40,000 nucleotides of DNA from an uncultured Actinomycetes bacterium (lineage in GTDB: Bacteria; Actinomycetota; Actinomycetes; Streptosporangiales; Streptosporangiaceae). The stretch's first letter is position 1. Each line of letters starts with the position of its first letter. Positions 33,593 to 40,000 of the stretch are shown in pieces. Where the stretch lies: assembly GCA_963711705.1 (NCBI GenBank), contig CAVQFM010000014.1:315296-355295 (forward strand). The letters run 5' to 3'. Made by a program: the position numbers and the translations under genes. The notes below the pieces were generated by a model that searched no databases, was not told the origin of the DNA, and worked only from the letters and a program-made list of their open reading frames with translations.

Positions 33593-33785
33593 AAACAAAT
33601 GCCAGCGTGGACTGGCTGGGAGCGACGGCTGTTGGACGCTGCCGTCCCCTGCCGACACCCCTGCCGTCCAGATCGATAGTCGAGTGATGGTCAAACGGCC
33701 CCGCGCCATGATCACCGCGATAATGAGGTCACGTCCAGCGGTGTGGTGTGTGAAGACGGCACCGCGTGATTCTCAGCTTGGACTT

Positions 33786-34017
33786 TAGGCGGTAATGGCG
33801 GTCAGTGTGACCTCCTCGCTGGTGTTTGCTGGGGTGGGGTTCATCCGGCTCTTCGCGAGGATGTCGAGGCCGATGTAGCGGCGCATTTCGGTCCACTCGT
33901 CGTGCTGTTCGGCCAGGACGGCGCCGACGAGGCGGATCAGGGCGTCGCGGGCGGGGAAGATGCCGACGACGTCGGTGCGGCGGCGGATCTCGCGGTTGAG
34001 CCGTTCCTTTATCCGGC
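33786..34017 (-). pseudogene. IS256-family (mutator-type) transposase, C-terminal fragment
   Basis: The minus-strand translation is '[53 protein letters not shown]...', ending at the TAA at 33786-33788. This is the canonical IS256 C-terminal motif block. Confidence 0.85.
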
Positions 34018-34052
34018 CCTCGTGGCTGGAGCAAGTCGAGGAAGGTGGGCTG

Positions 34053-34472
34053 TCAGCGGTTCAGCCGGTTGAGATGGTCGGTGAGAGCATCGGCGACGCG
34101 GTCGTGACGTGCGGCCTCGCTGTCCCAGCCGCGCGTTTCGGCGTCGGCTTGCAGGTGCCGGACGTCGGCGAGCTGGTCGCCGATGGCGTCGCGGAACTCG
34201 GGGCCGGTGACGAAGTTGTCGCAGGTCTCGCAGATGTTCGCGTAGGGGCACGGCCCGGCGGCCTCGTGCCGGGAGCAGTAGCCGTGGGCGACGCGGGTTT
34301 TGAGCATCTCGCTGTTCAGCCAGCTGACCTTGTCCGGGATGATCGGCTTGCCGGCCGGGGTGAGGGTGAACTGGCGGCGCATCTTGCCCATGGCCTCGTC
34401 ATAGGCCGTGCGCAGGGCCGGTGAGGCCAGGGTGGCGTAGCGGATCGTCATCTGCGGGGTGACGTGTTTTAT
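34053..34472 (-). pseudogene. Tyrosine recombinase X, C-terminal part (catalytic Tyr + Cys-rich tail), separated from its N-terminal part
   Basis: 'IKHVTPQMTIRYATLASPALRTAYDEAM...HGYCSRHEAAGPCPYANICETCDNFVTGPEF' parallels the C-terminus of the recombinase at 35594..37416 (MTMVYARI...NGYCARPVGLDCHFESICESCTFFQTT). Confidence 0.75.
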
Positions 34473-34505
34473 ATGCGGGTGATCCAGAGGCAGTGACATG
34501 ATCGC

Positions 34506-35597
34506 GTGCCGTGGTCTGTCACCGGCTGGAAGGGGAGCCACCCATTGGAGTTCATGCCATGCCTGGTCCGCTCGGCGGCAGACGGTGAGATCGGGAAGAT
34601 CACGCTCGGGCATCCGCTGCTGGACGACTACCTGGTGTTCGTGGCGGCGCGTGCACGGACCAACACCTGGCTTGCCGTGGCCTACGACTTGAAGGTGTTC
34701 TTCGAGGTCGTTGGCAAGGAGCCGGCCGTAGTGAGTGCTGCGGATGTATTCGCTTTCTTGTCCGCGCAGCGCGCCCCTCGCCGCGGGGAGCGGGTCGTGC
34801 GGCTGGAGGACGGCGAGGCGGGCCTGGCGGCACGGACGATCGCCCGGCGGTTGTCGAGCGTGCGGGGCCTGTATGCGTATCTGTGCGCCCGGGAGGACAC
34901 GGGCGTGCGCCGCAACCCGGTGCCGGCCAGCCTGGCTGCCCGCCGGCCGGGCGCACGGCGTGGCGGGGGCGGGATGCCACTGATCCGCACGCCCCGCACC
35001 CTGCCGCGGGTGCTCGCGTCTGCCGAGGTCGACGCGCTGCGGGCGGCGTTGCGGACCCACCGCGACCGGGCCATGGTGGATGCGATGGTGCTGGGCGGGC
35101 TGCGCCGCTGCGAAGTGCTCGGATTGCGGCTGGAGGACCTCAGCACCGGCGAGCGGCGGCTGTTCGTGGCCGAGGGCAAGGGCGGCCGTCAGCGTGTAGT
35201 GCCGGTCTCGGCGCGGTTCTTCGCCGCCGTGGGCGCCTACCTGGAATCCGAACGGCCCGCAGTGGCCGCGACCAGGCAGGTGTTCGTGGTGCTGAAAGGT
35301 GCCCGCCGCGGCGAGCCGCTGTCGGCGGCCGGGCTGGATGAGATCCTTGACGGGGCACGGAGCCGCGCCGGGCTGGCCCACGCGACCTGCCACCAGCTGC
35401 GCCATACCTGTTTCACCCGGCTGCGGGAAGCGGGCATGGCGCTGGAGGCCATCCAGGCCCAGGCCGGTCACGCCTCGATCGAGTCGACTCGCCTCTACCT
35501 GCACCTGGCGAACGGCTGGCTGGAGGAGGAGTACCTGCGGGCGGCGGAGGCAATCGAGGCGCAGGCCGTCCTGCCCGCCGGGGAGGCCGGCCGGTGA
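34506..35597 (+). CDS. Tyrosine recombinase (phage-integrase family), inner element gene 1
   Basis: Catalytic residues are visible: R in 'LGGLRRCEVLGL', 'HQLRHTCFT', and Y in 'IESTRLYLHL'. An N-terminal SAM-like core-binding domain is present (FLSAQRAP...ARTIARRLSSVRGLYAYL). The start may be ATG 34554. Confidence 0.85.
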   Translation: MPWSVTGWKGSHPLEFMPCLVRSAADGEIGKITLGHPLLDDYLVFVAARARTNTWLAVAYDLKVFFEVVGKEPAVVSAADVFAFLSAQRAPRRGERVVRLEDGEAGLAARTIARRLSSVRGLYAYLCAREDTGVRRNPVPASLAARRPGARRGGGGMPLIRTPRTLPRVLASAEVDALRAALRTHRDRAMVDAMVLGGLRRCEVLGLRLEDLSTGERRLFVAEGKGGRQRVVPVSARFFAAVGAYLESERPAVAATRQVFVVLKGARRGEPLSAAGLDEILDGARSRAGLAHATCHQLRHTCFTRLREAGMALEAIQAQAGHASIESTRLYLHLANGWLEEEYLRAAEAIEAQAVLPAGEAGR

Positions 35598-37416
35598 GCG
35601 GATCACCAGCCCGGCGCCCGGCCGTCGAGGACCTGGTCGACGCCTACCGCAACGACCTGCAGGCTGCCGGCATGTTCGCTGGTCATCCGGTTACCTCGGT
35701 GGCCCGCATGTTCTTCACCCGGGTTGGGCCCGAGGGATGGGCCTACCTGCCGCTGGCAGCCCAGTGCGCCCTGCCGCTCAAGGACCGGCGGGTGGTCGGC
35801 TGGCTGATCGTGACGGGGCGGCTGCGTCCCAGCCCCGACTACCTGGTGGCCTGCCGCCCCTACCTCGGTGAGTTCGCCGCCCGTCATCACCGTGCGTTCT
35901 ATGAGCGCTTCGCCGCCACCTCCGCCGAACTCGGCTTCGGCCCGATCGTGACCCGCCTGCAATGGTCGGCCCTGGCCAAGGTGACCGCAGTCGCCGGACT
36001 GGGACCCGGGCAGGTGACCCAGGCCGTCATCGACGAAGGCAGGCAGGCGCTGACCGCCGCCATCGGCCGTCACCACCCCGGCAGTCACGGCCCCAAGGCG
36101 CTCAGCGCGGCATTGTTCGGATTGCAGACCACCTTGTTCCACCTCGGTGTGCTCGGCGCCGCTCCCCGCAAGACCAGCCCTGACCGCTCGGCTGAACGGG
36201 CCGCGCAATGGGCATCGGCGCCGCCGCAGCTGGCGTCCACCCTGACCGGCTACATCGCCCAGGTGCGCCTGTCGCTGCGAGCCTCGACCATGGTGCGCGT
36301 CGAGGGCGTGCTCCGCGAGTTCGCCTGCTGGCTGGCCGGCAACGCCCCAGAGGTCGGCTGCGTCGCTGACCTTCGCCGCCGCCACATCGAGGCCTACAAA
36401 CTGCACCTGGCCGGCCATCGGCCCGCGGCGGGAACCTGTCCAAGATCAGCCTCGCCGAGCACCTCGGCGCGCTGCGCACCTGCTTCGAGCGGCTCACCGA
36501 GTGGGACGGCGACGACGTCCCCGCCGCGGTGCTGGTGTTCTCCGGCGACCTTCCGCTCCGCGACGAGCCGCTGCCCCGCTTCCTGGATGACGGCGCGTTC
36601 ACCAAGCTGCTGCAGGCCACCCGCGCCGACCCCGACCCGTTCGTCCGCCTGGCCGTGGAATTCCTGGCCCGCACTGGCCTGCGCAAAGGCGAGTTCCTCG
36701 ACCTCACCGTCGACTCCGTCGTGCAGATCGGCGCCGCCTACTGGCTCCACGTGCCGCTCGGCAAGCTCCGCACCGACCGCTATATCCCACTGCACCCCCA
36801 GCTCAAAGACCTCCTCGACGCCTGGCTCGCCGCACGGCCCGCCAGCCTGCGCACCCCCTACCTGTTCACCGAGCACGGCCAGCGGATCGGGCAGGGCCGC
36901 GTCGACCGGGCCGTCGCCAAAGCCGCCCGCGCCGCCGGGATCGGCCACGTCAGCCCGCACAGGCTCAGGCACACGCTGGCCACCCAGGCCATCAACCGGG
37001 GCATGAGCCTCGAGGCCATAGCTGCCCTTCTGGGCCATCGATCGATGCGGATGACCATGGTGTATGCCCGCATCGCCAACCGCACCGTGGCCGAGGAATA
37101 CTTCGCGGTGTCGGAGAAAGTCGAGGCCCTCTACGACGCCCCGAAGAACCTGCCCGCCGGCGCGGAGGGCACCGAGATGCGCAAGCTCCGCGCCGAAATG
37201 CACCAGCGGATGCTCGGCAATGGCTACTGCGCCCGCCCCGTCGGCCTGGACTGCCACTTCGAGTCCATCTGCGAATCCTGCACGTTCTTCCAGACCACCA
37301 TCGAGTTCCGCCCCACCCTCGAAAAGCAGCGCGACGATGCCGCCGCCAAGGGCCAGGCCGGGCGCAAGAAAATCTTCGACGGGCTGCTGTCCCGCCTCAG
37401 CGAGGCAGCCTCCTAG
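35594..37416 (+). pseudogene. Large tyrosine recombinase, inner element gene 2, one frame break
   Basis: A GTGA overlap joins it to gene 1. The N-terminal ~275 aa lie in frame 2 up to '...HIEAYKLHLAGHRPA'. The continuation 'NLSKISLAEHLGALRTCF...ARTGLRKGEF...HRLRHTLAT...MTMVYARI...' lies in frame 1. The break falls at about 36420-36436. Confidence 0.8.
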
Positions 37417-37446
37417 CATGATCAACTTGACAAGATCACCCGCATA

Positions 37447-38421
37447 ATGTCCCATCAGCTCCCGCAGCGCCAGCAGGTCAATGCCCGCCGCGGCGAGCTC
37501 GGTCCCGTAGGTATGCCGCAGCCGATGCGGGCGAACCCGGGCCGCCCCGGATGCCTCCCGGTGACGGCGGAACAGGCTCCGCAAGCCCGCCTCCGTGACC
37601 GCAGCGCCGGCAGTCGGGCCGCGCAGGACCACGAAGCACTCGGGGGTAGCCAGGCCAGGCGGACGTTCCAGCCGCAGGTAGGCGGACAGCTCGGCAAAGA
37701 ACGCCGGGTCGACCGGAACGTGGCGCTCCTTGCCGCCCTTACCGATCACCCGCAGGCGACGGCGGCCCATGTCAGCATCGGCGAGCTTCAGGCCGCGGAC
37801 CTCCGTGGAGCGCAGCCCGCCCAGCAGCATCGCCAGCGCCATGGCCCGGTCCCGGTGCGTGCGCAGCGACGACACGAACGCATCCACCTCGCTGGCGGGC
37901 AGGGACTCTGGCAGCCGACGGGGCTGGCGCACCAGCCGGCCCCCGCCACGGGAACGACCCGGGCCCAGGTGACCAAGCAAGCCGCGTGCCGCCGGCCGTA
38001 GTCCCTGACCCCGCCGCGGCGACGGCACCGGATTGCCGGTGAGGGTCCCGGTCATCACCAGGTACTCGAAGAACGCACGGACCGCCGCGACCCGGCGGTT
38101 CACCGTCGATGCCGCCGCGCTCCGCTGCCGCAGCGCCACGACCTTCCCACTTCCGGCCGGGCCGTCGCGGCGGGCACCCTGCCAGTTGACCCAGGCGAAG
38201 ACGTCCACCGGCGTCACCTCCGCCAGCCTGATGCCCTGCCCGGCAAGGAACCGGGCGAGGTTCACCACGTCGAACGCATAGGCCCGGGTCGTGGCCCGGC
38301 TGAACGCCCGCGCCTGAAGGTGCGCCAGGAACATGTTCGCCGCTGCGGCACCATCCCAGTCACCGGCGACCCGGTGCTCGCCGTTGACAAGGTGAACCTG
38401 AACCGTCATCGCCTGTCCCAT
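37447..38421 (-). pseudogene. Tyrosine recombinase X, N-terminal part (core-binding domain + R...HxxR)
   Basis: 'MGQAMTVQVHLVNGEH...STVNRRVAAVRAFFEYLV...LGGLRSTEVRGL...HRLRHTYGTELAAAGIDLLALRELMGH', after which homology is lost at the inner-element end. The remainder of the 765-aa ORF is read-through or antisense. Confidence 0.75.
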
Positions 38422-38519
38422 CTGCCGCAGGTATCCGGCAGCATCCACCCAGCCCGGACCGGGCGGGCGGACCTCAGGCGGCCAGACAGACCGTGTCGCC
38501 CGAGAGCCGGTTAACAGAT

Positions 38520-38767
38520 AGCGGGTTGTTGGACCAGATCTGCCGCCAGATCGCCTTCGGGAAGGCGGTGAAGGCCAGGATGTCAGCGCGGGCGGCGTCC
38601 AGGTGCGCGGCGACTTGGGGCAGCTTGTCTTCCAGGGCGTCCAGGACCCGGCCGAACTGGGCGTGCACCGAGGCGGCGTCGGGCTGGTCATAGACGCTGT
38701 GCAGCAAGGCGCGGACCCAGCCCCACGCGGACTTCGGTGTCACGCTCATCAAGTTCGCCGCGTAGTG
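38520..38767 (-). pseudogene. IS256-family transposase, middle fragment (N-terminal ~250 aa missing)
   Basis: 'HYAANLMSVTPKSAWGWVRALLHSVYDQPDAASVHAQFGRVLDALEDKLPQVAAHLDAARADILAFTAFPKAIWRQIWSNNPL' is the IS256 region just after the third catalytic residue. Upstream homology ends at about 38767. Confidence 0.8.
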
Positions 38768-38868
38768 AGCTTGTAAGGATTCAACCTGGCGTTTCGTGTT
38801 CTGTTTCGTTTGGGATGGATGCGATGAGTGTGGCTGCTGTCGCGTACTGCTGGGGGTGCTGGGACTGC

Positions 38869-39589
38869 GGTGTAGCCGTCAGCCTGGAGCAGTGGCTGGA
38901 CGTCGTCGATGGCATTGCGAATGGTGCCCCGGCTGACGCCGAACAGGTTGGCGAGGGTCTGCTGGCCGCATAGCCGCCGCTGGTCCAGCACGGTGGCCAG
39001 AATCCGGTCTGCGTCGGTGATTTTCTGGGCGAAGACGCCGCCGCGGGTTCCCGGGAGCCGGTCGCCGCCACGCTGGTGGTGGCGGCGCCGCTCGACGGCG
39101 GCTTGGTAGGGCACGGTGACCCGTCCGATCAGTGCCCGCAGGTCCTGGCGGGGCATGCCGGTCAGGCTGGGGTGGGTGAGTGTCTCGCAGAGCAGCATGC
39201 TGGGGGTGGCCGTGCCGTGGTCGCACCACTCGCGCAGGTCCTGGGCGCGGGAGAAGTAGTGCGGTGTCTGGGTGATGGTGACGTGCTGTTCGTTGATGAG
39301 GGCCCGGGTCTCTTTGATCGCCTGGCTGATGGTGACCGGGTTGGTGCCCAGCAGGTCAACCAGCACCTTCTGGGGGCAGAGGCGGCGCAGGTAGATGACG
39401 GTGACCAGGACTTTGTCGGCGGCGGGTCAGCAGCGGCCGGCCGTGGTCACCATGGGCTTTCCGGCGCGGCCCGCCGCGTTGCAGGTATTTGCGCTGCTCC
39501 GCCAGGGCGGCTTGGCCGGGAGCCAGTCGCTGGCATAGCGCCCGCAGCTCATCGCCTGTCATACCGGTCACCCCCGGGTCAGCCAGCAT
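38869..39589 (-). pseudogene. Two tandem truncated copies of the N-terminal HTH_Tnp_4-type region of a DDE_Tnp_4 (IS5/Harbinger-like) transposase; no DDE domain
   Basis: Copy 1 (about 39589-39245, with a frame break) reads 'LADPGVTGMTGDELRALCQRL...QRGGPRRK...ADKVLVTVIYLRRLCPQKVLVDLLGTNPVTISQAIKETRALI'. Copy 2 (about 39195-38869) reads 'LTHPSLTGMPRQDLRALIGRV...QRGGDRLPGTRGG...ITDADRILATVLDQRRLCGQQTLANLFGVSRGTIRNAIDDVQPLL'. Confidence 0.65.
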
Positions 39590-39649
39590 CGCCGAGATAG
39601 CCCGCGCCCTGGCCTGGTCCCGGTCACCCGCGGTGATGACGGGCCGGGC

Positions 39650-40000
39650 TGCTGAACCGGTAGGTGCGATGGTGTAGTTCCAGGTTCCCGTGGTACTGAT
39701 GAGGTGTGATCGGCAGTGACTGCAGATACTCGTGGCTCATCGGAGATCCCAGTCGGATAGTGTTGGTGTCCAGCTCGGCATGGATCCCGCAGCCCAGTAC
39801 GGGTGCGCGTGGCCGCGATGCGGTTCACCACGACCTCGCGGCTGACCAGGGGCCTGCCACGCCAGTTCTCGGTGATGTGGCAGAACAGCCGGTGCTCGAT
39901 CTTGTTCCACTTGCTGGTGCCCGGCGGGAAGTGGCAGACGGTCACGGTCAGCCCGACCTCGGTGGCGAACGCGGCGAGCTCGGATTTCCAGAGCCGGTAG
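39650..40000 (-). pseudogene. ISAzo13-type transposase, C-terminal part, multiply frameshifted; continues beyond window
   Basis: 'YRLWKSELAAFATEVGLTVTVCHFPPGTSKWNKIEHRLFCHITENWRGRPLVS' is clean. After '...TRTGL', the expected 'HAELDTNTYPTGI..SHEYLQSLPITPHQYHG.WNYTIAP' is spread over three frames between about 39680 and 39790. Confidence 0.75.

Larger units (their letters stand above)
33366..33735. repeat. Two imperfect ~170-bp direct repeats, each headed by a tRNA/tmRNA-3'-end-like segment
   Basis: Copy 1 (about 33366-33545) and copy 2 (about 33565-33735) share 'gtggag', 'gaggg...ccc', 'aaaca(c/a)atgccagcg(c/t)ggactggc', 'gacgg(t/c)tgtt(a/g)gacgctgccg', 'ggtcaaa' and 'gcgccatgatcaccgcgat(g/a)atga'. 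The head of copy 1 is degenerate. Confidence 0.6.
34473..37446. mobile_element. 2,974-bp inner element with 13-bp perfect terminal inverted repeats, carrying two tyrosine recombinases, inserted in recombinase X
   Basis: tatgcgggtgatc (34472-34484) is the reverse complement of gatcacccgcata (37434-37446). Excising it joins '...ALRELMGH' to 'IKHVTPQMTIRYATL' in frame. Boundaries are good to +/-1-2 bp. Confidence 0.75.
34018..38519. mobile_element. 4,502-bp inverted-repeat-bounded element (outer element) carrying a tyrosine recombinase, inserted in the IS256 transposase gene
   Basis: Removing about 34018-38519 joins '...IWRQIWSNNPL' to '[10 protein letters not shown]...' in frame. The ends are imperfect inverted repeats: 34019 ttatccggccctcgtgg versus the reverse complement at 38514 ttaaccggctctcgggc, with 13 of 17 positions identical. 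No target duplication is seen. Boundaries are good to +/-3 bp. Confidence 0.75.

Noticed and set aside
33566-33680. A complete tRNA gene on the minus strand
   Set aside because: Only the T-arm and acceptor 3' strand are present. No complementary 5' acceptor strand (cagctcc on the plus strand), D-arm or anticodon arm can be found in the following ~100 nt.
2766-33730. A relationship between the 'catgatcac'-containing inverted repeat at 2766-2815 and the 'gccatgatcaccgcgat' ends of the 33.4-33.7 kb repeats (possible dispersed MITE)
   Set aside because: Shared sequence is only about 9-15 bp and the flanks do not align. The evidence is insufficient without a genome-wide repeat search.
34499-35606. 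N-terminal part of the 517-aa minus-strand ORF, and likewise 36394-37446 and 38422-38691 of the 765-aa ORF
   Set aside because: These are read-through across element junctions or antisense to the plus-strand recombinases. Only the segments 34053-34472 and 37447-38421 carry recombinase homology.

Overview
This is a very GC-rich, actinobacterial-type chromosomal segment with strong GC3 codon bias (judged by eye; no statistics computed). It splits into three parts.

(1) 1-20.2 kb holds a mixed set of ordinary genes:
- a GcvT-like oxidase fragment
- a Clp-N repeat protein
- an EamA transporter and a B3/B4-domain protein, divergent from a MocR-type regulator
- a YceI/TetR pair
- a PGM1-like ATP-grasp enzyme behind a membrane-anchored CbbX/SpoVK-type AAA+ ATPase
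- a nitroreductase and an asparaginase
- a NarL-type two-component system
- a small wHTH/STAS pair
- a secreted beta-helix protein

(2) 20.3-33.2 kb is the most interesting part, a 13-gene cluster. A GTP-derived small-molecule module comprises GTP cyclohydrolase II, a PTPS/QueD-like enzyme, a Zn-ADH, a histidine phosphatase, three SAM methyltransferases, an SRPBCC protein and an APH-like kinase. A membrane module comprises a CDP-alcohol phosphatidyltransferase fused to an LtaS/EptA-like ectodomain, an MprF-type flippase-like protein and a GT4 glycosyltransferase. An ECF sigma/anti-sigma remnant interrupts the cluster. I know of no characterised pathway with this gene combination.

(3) 33.3-40 kb is an island boundary and IS graveyard:
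- a tRNA/tmRNA 3'-end (att-like) fragment lies inside a ~170-bp direct repeat
- an IS256-family transposase gene is split precisely by a 4.5-kb element bounded by inverted repeats and carrying a tyrosine recombinase
- that recombinase is itself split by a 3.0-kb element carrying two more tyrosine recombinases
- truncated HTH_Tnp_4 and ISAzo13-type transposase fragments follow

At least eight genes show single-base frame breaks. These are either real decay or indel errors in the assembly, and that must be resolved before any pseudogene claim is trusted.
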